Positions 54,506 to 63,234 of a stretch of DNA of 64,000 nucleotides are shown piece after piece. The notes under the pieces are model-generated. The model worked only from the letters and a program-made list of their open reading frames with translations. It had not been told where the DNA came from and did no database searches. Position numbers and translations under genes: made by a program. The stretch is taken from IMG/VR virus record IMGVR_UViG_3300048999_000191; one strand, written 5' to 3'. The DNA is from a virus. Every line of letters begins with the position of its first letter. Within the stretch, counting starts at the first letter, position 1.

Positions 54506-57421
54506 TCACGCCCCGATCATGAAGGTGTTCGGCGCCTTGGCAATGATGCGCGAGGAGTGGAACACGGGGTACTCGCTGTTGCCGAAGGTCGCATCGATCG
54601 CCCGGCCGCCGGAGGCGTAGAGCGAGAGCTGGCTGTTCGCCGTCCACGGCGACATCTGGGCCATGGCGTAGTTGGTCCCATCGTCGGTGGAAGTCAGGAA
54701 CCGGACGTTGTCCACGCCAGGTACATTGTGGACAGTCTGGAGAACATCGGAAACCTGAAGTGACGCGCCGAAGCCGAGGCTGGAGCACAGGGCGCTCAGC
54801 GCGATATCGATGTTCGTGTTCACCGAGCTGGCCTCGTACGCGCGGTCATAGACGATGGCGAAGTGGAATTTGACCATGCGGCGCAGCCCGCAATGGGTCT
54901 GCGCGTCGGTGCCGACCAGCCGCCACAGAGCGATGTTGTCCTGCACATCGCGGGCGATCCGGTTGTAGTTGTAGGTGATCGCGAACACCGCGTTGTTCGG
55001 CGGTACCCGGGTGGTCTGCCAGGACAGGCCGAACAACGATCCCGGGCTCATCCCGAAGGCGTCTTCGCGCTGGGTGATCCAGTAGTCCGAGCCCTCGGTG
55101 TAGGTCACGCCGTTGATCACCAGGGTGTCCGGCACGGCCAGCACCGGGCCGTAGGCCAGCGGGATGAAGATATTGCCCACCGGAGGCACGGGTGTAGCGG
55201 CGCTGGCCTGGGAGAAGGCCTGGTTGTAGTACGGGTCGTTGAACCCGGAGGTGAACAGCCGTGAGTTCGAGAAGCTCACGCTCTGCGTGGCGACATCGGC
55301 GATCGTGCCGTTGATCCACACGTCGACCCGGTTGTTGATCCCGCCCTTGGCGAAGCGGGTGTTGGCCGGGTCGTTGCGTGAGGCTCTCGGCACGTACTCG
55401 AAGTCGAGATCGTAGATCCCGTCCGGCATGCCGGTCAGCGCGGTCAGTGCCGCAGTGGCGCTGGTCCCGTTGGTCGGGTTCGACGGCGTGAAGGTGAAGT
55501 TCGTGCCCTGGGTGAGCAGGTTCCCCGCGTCGATGTCGGCGCCGCAGTAGACGTTGTCCGGGAAGATGTAGGCCGCCCGGAGCACGGTGCTCGCCGCCGT
55601 CCCCGCCACCACCTGGATCTGCTCGCGGTAGCGCTTCGAGGACCCGAGCACGTTCACCTGCGTCACCGCGCGGGTGTTCGGCATCGTGGGGTCCTGGGGC
55701 GTTGCCAGGGCGATCGCCTGGTACATGCTCTGGGTCCCCGCCAGCGAGCGGAAGACGGTGTTCCGGAAGCGCGTGCGCAGGTCGGCGTCGGACTCCTGGT
55801 TCGAGCCGCCGGAGAGCGGGCCCGCGTTCACCACCTTGGCGATGCCGGAGACGGCCGTGGCCACGGTGACCAGCATCCCGGCCGCGACGTTGCCGCTCGT
55901 GCCCGCCACGACCGCCTGAACCGGCACGTCGGCGGTCAGCTGCCCGGGGCTCATCACGGCGGACACGGTGGTCATCACGTAGATGATCGGGTTCGTCTGG
56001 GCGACCACCTGCGTGCCGGGCGGGATGACCAGGGCCGTGGTGGCGGCGAACTGGTCGTTCGGCCGGGTGAAGGTGACCACGCCCTGCGACCGGGACGACG
56101 GGATCCGCGTGATGCCGAACAGTGCGCAGTTGTGTGCCGCCATGCCGCCGAGCAGCGTGTAGGAGTTGTCCACGTCGACTTCGAGGTTGTGAACGGTCCC
56201 CTGGTAGGCGACCAGCCTGTGCTCGGCGATAGCGTGGCCCAGCATCCCGTCGAGGATTACCCCGGCAGGAGCGTATGCGCCGCGAGCCAGCTCCGGCGTC
56301 GTCTCCCTGGTGATTTCCGCGATGCGCCGCGCGTACTCGCCCCGCGCCGTGAGCCGGTAGGCGGTCCGCTTGCCTGCGCCGCCTTCCTTCACGTCCATCC
56401 GCGTGAAGATCTTCTTCCGCAGCAGCAGCGCACGGATCTGGTAGACGAGTGCCGGGGACGTCGTGACGAAGTCGGCGACGGTGTCTGTGGTCGAGACGTG
56501 GCCGTCGCCTTGCCAGACGGCGGCCAGCAGGTCGGTGAGGTCGCTGCCGGACCAGAACACTTCCCAGGGGATGTGCTTGTCCGCGCAGCCGTGGCCCAGT
56601 AAGCTCCGCAGTTTTGCGGCGAACTTCTTGCTGAAGACCGTCAGCTGCCGCTCGCCGGAGTTGGGCTTGCTGTGGCTGACCCGGGCGAAGCCCCATTCGC
56701 TCTTGATCAGCTCTTCGATCGTCTCGTGGTACTCGGTCTCGTGTTCGGCCAGCGAAAAGACGATGCGCCCGCACTCAGTGGTCGAGCCCTCGGCGAGAAA
56801 CCAGCCGTAGAGCCGCTGAAGGTTCTTGTTCAGCTGCGAGCGCTTCGCCGGTTCCGGGGCTGCGCCCCAGACCACATCGCCCTTCCGCAGCTCTCCGGCG
56901 GCGATCCATTCTCGGCGGACGTGCTCCGTGGACCACCGGGCCCGCGAGCCCGTCCCGCGCAGCGCGAAAGAGCGCACGCCCTTAGCCGGGATGAGCCATT
57001 CCCGCTTGGTGGCGAGCAGCGGATGGTTGCCCGTCATGGACACCGATGGCTGGCCCAGCGGGCGCATCGTCACGATGTCCTCGTCCACGCAGCGGACCGA
57101 CGAAGCAAGCACCGTCCGGTGCTTGCCCGTGTGCGAGATCACCGTCTCACCAGGCCCGACCTCTTCGATCGGACGCGGGCCGTCGGCAGTCACGACAAGC
57201 GTGCCCGGGACGAAGCAGAAGTCGTCGAGATCGCCGCCGGATTTCGAGTCGATGTCGTACTGGTACTGGATCAGGTGCGAGTCCGAGTAGGCCTCGGCGA
57301 TCGACTCCGAGACGGCGTCGATCAGCTTCCGGGCCACGGTGCCTACGGAGACATCCAGGTCCGGCTCGGCGGCGTTGAGCGCAGCGACCATCTTGGCCGC
57401 CACGTCGCCGGTCGAAGTCAT
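54506..57421 (-). CDS. Baseplate J-like wedge protein with intein
   Basis: LDDF|CALFGITR, GNVAAG, SGGSNQESDADLRTR, C-terminal VPGVDNV. Confidence 0.88.
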   Translation of the reverse strand: MTSTGDVAAKMVAALNAAEPDLDVSVGTVARKLIDAVSESIAEAYSDSHLIQYQYDIDSKSGGDLDDFCFVPGTLVVTADGPRPIEEVGPGETVISHTGKHRTVLASSVRCVDEDIVTMRPLGQPSVSMTGNHPLLATKREWLIPAKGVRSFALRGTGSRARWSTEHVRREWIAAGELRKGDVVWGAAPEPAKRSQLNKNLQRLYGWFLAEGSTTECGRIVFSLAEHETEYHETIEELIKSEWGFARVSHSKPNSGERQLTVFSKKFAAKLRSLLGHGCADKHIPWEVFWSGSDLTDLLAAVWQGDGHVSTTDTVADFVTTSPALVYQIRALLLRKKIFTRMDVKEGGAGKRTAYRLTARGEYARRIAEITRETTPELARGAYAPAGVILDGMLGHAIAEHRLVAYQGTVHNLEVDVDNSYTLLGGMAAHNCALFGITRIPSSRSQGVVTFTRPNDQFAATTALVIPPGTQVVAQTNPIIYVMTTVSAVMSPGQLTADVPVQAVVAGTSGNVAAGMLVTVATAVSGIAKVVNAGPLSGGSNQESDADLRTRFRNTVFRSLAGTQSMYQAIALATPQDPTMPNTRAVTQVNVLGSSKRYREQIQVVAGTAASTVLRAAYIFPDNVYCGADIDAGNLLTQGTNFTFTPSNPTNGTSATAALTALTGMPDGIYDLDFEYVPRASRNDPANTRFAKGGINNRVDVWINGTIADVATQSVSFSNSRLFTSGFNDPYYNQAFSQASAATPVPPVGNIFIPLAYGPVLAVPDTLVINGVTYTEGSDYWITQREDAFGMSPGSLFGLSWQTTRVPPNNAVFAITYNYNRIARDVQDNIALWRLVGTDAQTHCGLRRMVKFHFAIVYDRAYEASSVNTNIDIALSALCSSLGFGASLQVSDVLQTVHNVPGVDNVRFLTSTDDGTNYAMAQMSPWTANSQLSLYASGGRAIDATFGNSEYPVFHSSRIIAKAPNTFMIGA
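56129..57217 (-). mobile_element. Intein (363 aa) with LAGLIDADG endonuclease in baseplate J
   Basis: CFVPGTLV...TGNHPL...YGWFLAEG...LAAVWQGDG...VHNLEVDVDNSY...AHN; +1 Cys. Confidence 0.9.
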
Positions 57422-57789
57422 CCGCGTTCCTCTTCAGCTCGGTTGTTCGGCCAGTTCCGGTGATCAGAGGAGGAACCCGGCGGCCGGTTGAAGTCGGCCG
57501 GGCACGGCAGCTCCTTCCTGGTGAAGCTGTAGCTCTCCCCGCCGATCTTCTCCGTCTTCGGCTCGTGGCCGGTGAACGCGATCCCCCACAACTCGCGGAG
57601 CTTCTGCCAGTCCGGGTACAGGTCACACGCCCAGCAGATGCCAGGTTCGTGCAAAATCCGCTGGTCACAGTGCGGCGCGAAGGACCGGCCGTCCTCCAGC
57701 GTCTGCCGGGCGGCGGCCAATTCCGAGGGCGCCACGGTGGTCCCGGGAGGAAGCTGTTCGGGCTGCTCAGCCCGCTTGAGAAACCTCAT
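57418..57789 (-). CDS. Cys/His-containing hypothetical protein inside the baseplate module
   Basis: PHCDQRILHEPGICWACD; ATGA-coupled on both sides. Confidence 0.6.
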   Translation of the reverse strand: MRFLKRAEQPEQLPPGTTVAPSELAAARQTLEDGRSFAPHCDQRILHEPGICWACDLYPDWQKLRELWGIAFTGHEPKTEKIGGESYSFTRKELPCPADFNRPPGSSSDHRNWPNNRAEEERG

Positions 57790-58220
57790 GAGGGAGTCAC
57801 CTGCCGGGAGATGGTCACGCTCTCGCGCGAGAGGGTGGTGAGGGTCGCCGTGATGTAGATCGTGTCGAGCACGGACCGGGCGGCCACGTTGTCGACGGAC
57901 TGGACGACGTCGGAGGTGTCGTAGCGTCCCTGCACGTCGACCACGGTGTCCCGGATGACCTCGTTCTGCTGGATGACCAGGTAGTTCTGGAGGACCCGGT
58001 TCACCTCCGCACGCACCAGCTGCATGATGTCCGCCGAAAGGACCTGGCCCAGGTAGGCCTGCACGATCGAGCCGTAGGTGGGGTGGAAGCGGTCGGTGCC
58101 GTACTCCTCGGTCAGCCCGAGCGTCAGGTCCTGCTTGATCCGCTGGGCGCCCGAGTACGTCAGATAGCCGCCATTGGTCCCGATGGCGAGATCCCCGTTG
58201 ATGAGAGCGATCGTCCTGAT
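57786..58220 (-). CDS. Baseplate wedge gp25/GPW-like protein with apparent ATC start
   Basis: (I)RTIALINGDL...RIKQDL...GTDRFHPTYGS; SD GGAAGGGAGG ends 6 nt before the ATC; first canonical in-frame start is only at 58064. Confidence 0.75.
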   Translation of the reverse strand: MRTIALINGDLAIGTNGGYLTYSGAQRIKQDLTLGLTEEYGTDRFHPTYGSIVQAYLGQVLSADIMQLVRAEVNRVLQNYLVIQQNEVIRDTVVDVQGRYDTSDVVQSVDNVAARSVLDTIYITATLTTLSRESVTISRQVTPS

Positions 58221-58276
58221 GGCGCACCTCCCTTCCCGGCTACTAGTTGGGCTGGAGGCGACGGGCCCCGACAGGC

Positions 58277-59119
58277 TTAAGGAGGCGTCAACCCGACGTC
58301 CTTCACGCTGAGATAGCGGCCCTGACCTCCGTAGAAGGTGATCGAGGCCGAAGTGGAGCCGGAGTTGGCAGCGATGCCGAATGCGCGGGTCTCCGTGGTC
58401 ACCGCGTCGAAGACCGCACTCAGGATGATGATCTCCTGGGTGGCGTTGTAGACCCGGATGCCCGAGCCTCGGATGCTCGGCGAGGCGTTGGTCACCGAGG
58501 TCGTCGCACTGAGGAGACTGGCCTGGCCGTTCGGCGGCCCGGCGGACAGCGACCCGGCCTGGTTGCAGTGCCAGTTGATCTCGTAGGAGCGCCCGGCCAC
58601 GACCGGCACGGCCAGCGACTCCAGCATGATGGGCGTGGGGCTGACGACGGTGACGTCCGTGGGAAACCGGACGATCTTCAACAGACCCCTGGGCAGGGCG
58701 TTCGCCTGCGTCTGGAGCGCGGCCACCTGTGCCTGGAGGGTCGTCACGCTGGGCGGGATGCGCTCGACCCAGGCCGAACCATTCCAGTACCAGATCGAGT
58801 AGGTGTCGAGCTGGTAGACGGCCAGGTTGACGAACGGGTTCTTGATCGCCAGTCGCTCGGCGGAGTTGCCCACCATGAGCACCGGATTAACCGGGTCGCC
58901 GCCGATGATCGCGGCGAAGGTCCAATCGGCCCCGTAGGCCATGTCGAGGATCCACCGCTCGCCGGGCATCGGGGGCAGCGCGTGCGCCCTGAGTACGTCC
59001 CTGGCGACCGGGAACGACTTGCCGGTGTGGTCGGACCGGACGTAGGCCGTGTTGCCGTCCACGGACAGCACGGTGACGGCCTGGATGCTCAGGCCCTGGA
59101 TCGGCATGGCGCCGGTCAC
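58277..59119 (-). CDS. Baseplate spike/tail protein
   Basis: OB-like N-terminus (PMPGERW), coiled coil, beta-sandwich C-terminus; follows the hub. Confidence 0.55.
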   Translation of the reverse strand: MTGAMPIQGLSIQAVTVLSVDGNTAYVRSDHTGKSFPVARDVLRAHALPPMPGERWILDMAYGADWTFAAIIGGDPVNPVLMVGNSAERLAIKNPFVNLAVYQLDTYSIWYWNGSAWVERIPPSVTTLQAQVAALQTQANALPRGLLKIVRFPTDVTVVSPTPIMLESLAVPVVAGRSYEINWHCNQAGSLSAGPPNGQASLLSATTSVTNASPSIRGSGIRVYNATQEIIILSAVFDAVTTETRAFGIAANSGSTSASITFYGGQGRYLSVKDVGLTPP

Positions 59120-61722
59120 GAGGCACCTCGCGGGGTCTTGTTGGCCGGTTCGAGATCCTGACGGACGACGTTGTAACGCTTCCCGCCCAGCGGCAGCAGA
59201 CCGAACACGTCGTTGGTCTTCTGGCTGATCCGGCTCGGCGCGCACACGCTGGCCGAGGTCCGGAAGTAGCCGTCCTCGCCGGTCTTGAAGCTGTGGTTCA
59301 CCTCGGTGATGTAGGCCTGGAAGTTGAACTCGGGCAGCCGCAGGATCATCCCCGGCCACAGCTCGGGCATCCAGGTCATCGGGATGTTCGCCGAGAACTG
59401 GTCAGCCCACTTGCGCATGAACAGAAACAGGGCCAGGAAGAACTCCGGCAGGCCCTGTTTCACGGTCGGCAGGGTGACGGTGTTCGGCCGGGCGCCGAAA
59501 CGGCCGAGGAACTCGTCCAGGAACTGCTGGCTGGCATCCTGGCCGAAGATCGCCCGGAAGATCTGCGGGAACTCCATGGTGGCGATGCCCGAGCTGGTCA
59601 GCTGCCAGGCGTATCCGCTGTTCGAGCCATTGGCGAAGGTCTGCCCGCTGGTGTTGATCGAGTTCGTGATGCCTGCCGGGACGCCAATGACGTACTGGTG
59701 GGTAACCGTCTGGAGGTCCGACCAGGTGACCGTGAAGTCCATCAGCTCGATCGAGCGGACGTCCATCTTCGCCGAGATGCCCCAGAGGTCGAAGTAGTCC
59801 GGGAACCAGGCCATGAAGTCGCCGTTGGGCGCCGAGCACCACGAGCGCATCGAGGCGGCCATGAGGTTGCCGAGGAAGGGCAGGATCGGCTGGTCGTTCA
59901 TCAGCGCACGCGGACCGACGAGGATCTGCCCGGCCAGGTCCGGCACATAGCCCCAGCTGTAGACGTTGATCAAGGCATTGAATACATCGAGCGCCGAGGT
60001 GTCACTGCCGCTGCCGCTGCCCTGCGCAGCGTCCACCGACGCGCCGTCCGGCTTGAATTCGTTCTGGTCGGTGATGTTCGCCGAGTAGCCCAGCTTGCTC
60101 TGGATGAACTGAGCGGCTGCCTGCGTGGTGGCCGCGTCCGAGTAGTTCACGCCGTTGATCAGGCCGCCGTCGGTGAACCCGTTCGCCTGGACGATCGAGA
60201 CCTGCTTCTCCAGCGGGATGCCATCGGTGTGCGCTCCGGCGGAGTAGCCGTTGCCCAGCGAGACCTCGACGTGGCCGGTGCCGACGAACAGCAGCGCGCC
60301 CTTGATCTGCTTGGCCATGTCGGTCGGGATGATGATGCACTTCGGTCGCTCGGTGGAGACCGTGGAGCGCGGATTGACCCAGGGCTTGCCCACTGCCCGG
60401 AAGTAGGCGACGTCCACAAAGGACGAACAGTCGAGCACCTTCGGGTCCGGTGAGTTGTAGGGGTCGTCGCCACCGAGGGAGTACCGGATGTGCCCGGCCG
60501 GGTTCCCCTTGATCAGGTTGTAGGCCTGCGCGGCCACGTTTCGGCCGGTGGCTCCCTGTGGTTTCCCGATGGCCGTCGTCGAGCCGATAGTGCTGCCCGC
60601 ACCGGAGCCCACGATGGCGTTCCCGGCTTCAGTGGAGGTCTTCTGGATCGCCGTCACGATCGCCTCGGCGGCCGTCTCCTGCTTGGCGTACTTGTCCGGG
60701 AAGGCCGAACGCTGAACGGCTTGGCAGGTCAGTCCGAAGTCGGCCGTCTTGTAGTTCGGCACCTTCACCAGCCGGTCAAAGAAGCTGCCCGACGCGTGCG
60801 CGACGTCCGTGCACTCGGCCACGGTGCCCCAGCCCTGACTCGGCCGCTGCTGGAAGACGCCCACCGAGTCGCGGTCGCCGCCCTGGAGGTTCTTCAGCCG
60901 GGACTCCACAATGCCGGTCGCGATCCCCTGGGCGGCCGCACGCGGCTCCAACCCTCGGTCGGCAGCCACGTTGTAGATGATCGAGGCGTTCTTCGCCTGG
61001 TCCGCGTCGAGCGCCATCCCACCGTAGGTGCCCGGCCCTACCTGGCCGTGCGCCAGGCTGCCGCCGGAGAGCCCCGAGCCGCCGGAGAGGCCGTTGCCCA
61101 TCGAGCCGATGAGGTTCGAGTAGTCGCTGGCCTTGATGATCTCGTCACCCACCTGGGTGGCGAAGGTGAACCAGTCGTCGGGGATCGCTCCAATGTGGAC
61201 CTTCTCTTTCGGCCAGCGCACCACCTCCGCCAGGATGCTCAGGGTGAGGTCGCGCATGCCGCCGTCGCCGGTGGGCTGGCCCGCGTTCGCCTGCTGGTCG
61301 CTCGCGATCCCCGAGGTCTTCGAGCCGACCTTCTGGATCAGGTTCGCCGACTCCTGGGCGCCGGAGTCCCAGTACCAGTACTGGAGCCGTTTCAGGGTGC
61401 AGCTGGCCGAGAGGTCGAGCACGCGCGGCCAGACGGAGAAGACCGGGCCGTTGTTCATGTACCCGGAGAACACGCGCAGCGGCTGCCCGATGCGCTGCAT
61501 GGACACGACGATCCGGTCCATCGGCCTGATCAGGCCGTCGTACTTCCGCTGGGTGTTCTGGAGCTGGAAGGCAAAGGTGTGCACGCCCTCGGTGCGCAGC
61601 TTCATGTCGCCGCCGGTGAGGTCCTCGGAGATGTCCAGGACCTGCTCGACGCCCTTCTTGTTAATCACGGAGATGAAGGCAAACACCCGGGGCTGATAAA
61701 TGAGAGTGGAAATCGTTATCAC
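59116..61722 (-). CDS. Baseplate hub fused to lysozyme-like and NlpC/P60 domains
   Basis: VES.L.NL.GGDRDSVGVFQQRPSQGWG; YSLGG...LDCSSFV...GHV; hub C-terminus MPELWPGMILR. Confidence 0.8.
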   Translation of the reverse strand: MITISTLIYQPRVFAFISVINKKGVEQVLDISEDLTGGDMKLRTEGVHTFAFQLQNTQRKYDGLIRPMDRIVVSMQRIGQPLRVFSGYMNNGPVFSVWPRVLDLSASCTLKRLQYWYWDSGAQESANLIQKVGSKTSGIASDQQANAGQPTGDGGMRDLTLSILAEVVRWPKEKVHIGAIPDDWFTFATQVGDEIIKASDYSNLIGSMGNGLSGGSGLSGGSLAHGQVGPGTYGGMALDADQAKNASIIYNVAADRGLEPRAAAQGIATGIVESRLKNLQGGDRDSVGVFQQRPSQGWGTVAECTDVAHASGSFFDRLVKVPNYKTADFGLTCQAVQRSAFPDKYAKQETAAEAIVTAIQKTSTEAGNAIVGSGAGSTIGSTTAIGKPQGATGRNVAAQAYNLIKGNPAGHIRYSLGGDDPYNSPDPKVLDCSSFVDVAYFRAVGKPWVNPRSTVSTERPKCIIIPTDMAKQIKGALLFVGTGHVEVSLGNGYSAGAHTDGIPLEKQVSIVQANGFTDGGLINGVNYSDAATTQAAAQFIQSKLGYSANITDQNEFKPDGASVDAAQGSGSGSDTSALDVFNALINVYSWGYVPDLAGQILVGPRALMNDQPILPFLGNLMAASMRSWCSAPNGDFMAWFPDYFDLWGISAKMDVRSIELMDFTVTWSDLQTVTHQYVIGVPAGITNSINTSGQTFANGSNSGYAWQLTSSGIATMEFPQIFRAIFGQDASQQFLDEFLGRFGARPNTVTLPTVKQGLPEFFLALFLFMRKWADQFSANIPMTWMPELWPGMILRLPEFNFQAYITEVNHSFKTGEDGYFRTSASVCAPSRISQKTNDVFGLLPLGGKRYNVVRQDLEPANKTPRGAS

Positions 61723-62330
61723 CTCGGCCCGTGAACGGGGGCGGACACATCGGTCGCCGGGGTGGGAACCAGGGTGGGCGCCGCGTCGTAGAAGGAGTTC
61801 GCCGTGGCGTTCGGGTCGTTGGTGCTCGCCGAGGCCGGGTAGAAGAACTTCGCCGCGTCGTCGGCCGCCGTCGAGCCCAGCGCGATGCCGGACACAGCCG
61901 GAACGCTCGTGTCGAGCGGGTCACTCACCGAGTCGAAGGTGATCTGCGGCATGAAGAGCATCGAGCCCGTCTGGTCCTGATCGACCACGCCGCCGGTCGG
62001 CACGCCCTGCCGCAGGAAGTTCCGCGACGGAACGTTCACCGTCATGGCCACCGAGCCGGTGTCTGCCACGGCGAGCATGTAGTTGATCAGGTACTTCGTC
62101 AGCAGTTGTAGATGTGAATAGCCCTTCATCATGAAGGTCACCGTGAACGGGTCCACCGCTCGCTGGTGCGGATAGAAGGCTCGGTACTTGCGACCGGCCG
62201 ACTCAGTGGCGATGACCGAAAACCCATGCGACACACCGTAAGCCCATGTCTTGAAGGCATAGTTCACTCCGCTCTTCGAGTACGAGAGCGTGCAGTTGGT
62301 CTGGGTGCCGACAACCCGGGTGGGCATCAC
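61719..62330 (-). CDS. Tail/baseplate-associated hypothetical protein
   Basis: Position and coupling within the tail module. Confidence 0.6.
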   Translation of the reverse strand: MMPTRVVGTQTNCTLSYSKSGVNYAFKTWAYGVSHGFSVIATESAGRKYRAFYPHQRAVDPFTVTFMMKGYSHLQLLTKYLINYMLAVADTGSVAMTVNVPSRNFLRQGVPTGGVVDQDQTGSMLFMPQITFDSVSDPLDTSVPAVSGIALGSTAADDAAKFFYPASASTNDPNATANSFYDAAPTLVPTPATDVSAPVHGPR

Positions 62331-62521
62331 TCACGCTCCGGCGTGTCCAGCGGCGAGAACGTCGGGTAGAGATAGGTCTCCAGGTCGGACTGCGTGAGGT
62401 CGTGCACGAGCCCGAAGCGCGAGAAGGCGAAGCCGGACGCCGCCGGGCGCACCGGCGTTTCGGCGGGCGGGACCGGCAGGGAGACCAGCGAGTCGGATCC
62501 CCAGGAAGTGTTGCCGTCCAC
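62327..62521 (-). CDS. Small hypothetical protein
   Basis: Overlapping start/stop on both sides. Confidence 0.45.
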   Translation of the reverse strand: MDGNTSWGSDSLVSLPVPPAETPVRPAASGFAFSRFGLVHDLTQSDLETYLYPTFSPLDTPERE

Positions 62522-63234
62522 TACTTTCCTCCCTGTCCGCTTGCCGCACTGGATCCAGGAACCGTGCCGGTGACGGAGTTCTGGTACTGCTGGAGGACGT
62601 AGCTGTGGATGTCGGCCGCGCCCTTGCTCTGGAGGTAGCTCGCCAGGTCGGCCGCCGTCATGAGGCCGTTGTACGGACCGCGCTTCCAGCCCAGACCCTT
62701 CGAGAGCCGGTCGATGAAGGCATTCTGGGCCACCTGGGCGAGCTTGCCGGTGTTGTCCTGCACGATGAACAGCGTCAGCGTGTAGCCGTAGGAGTACTTC
62801 CCGGTGGTGTGCGAGACCGTCGACTCACCCTCGATCTCCCGCAGGCTCTTGATGTAGACGTTGAAGTCCCAGTCGTGCACCGGGAGCCCGCGCCGGGTCG
62901 TGCTGTTCTGGTCGTTGTAGAGGAATCGCAGCGTCGGGTGCATCGGCGCCGGGTCGGTGCCGGTCAGCTGGGCCATGGTCGGCCGGGCGCTCTGCTTGTC
63001 CACAAGCTTGCCCACAGCTGTGGAGAAGTCTTCGGCCAGCTGCCAGGACTCCCGCCGGTTCGTCCGATCCTGACCGAACAGGCCCCGGATGGTCATGTCT
63101 CCGAAGGTCACGCCGTGCACCTGCACCACGCGACCACCGACGGTCGGGGTGACGGCGACGTTCATCTTGTAGGGAATCGACACCTGGGACGGGTCGATCC
63201 GGAACCGGACGCCGCCGATGCTCGCGCTGCCCAT
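62521..63234 (-). CDS. Tail tube initiator-like protein
   Basis: FRIDPSQV...TPTVGGRVVQ; immediately after the tape measure. Confidence 0.55.
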   Translation of the reverse strand: MGSASIGGVRFRIDPSQVSIPYKMNVAVTPTVGGRVVQVHGVTFGDMTIRGLFGQDRTNRRESWQLAEDFSTAVGKLVDKQSARPTMAQLTGTDPAPMHPTLRFLYNDQNSTTRRGLPVHDWDFNVYIKSLREIEGESTVSHTTGKYSYGYTLTLFIVQDNTGKLAQVAQNAFIDRLSKGLGWKRGPYNGLMTAADLASYLQSKGAADIHSYVLQQYQNSVTGTVPGSSAASGQGGK

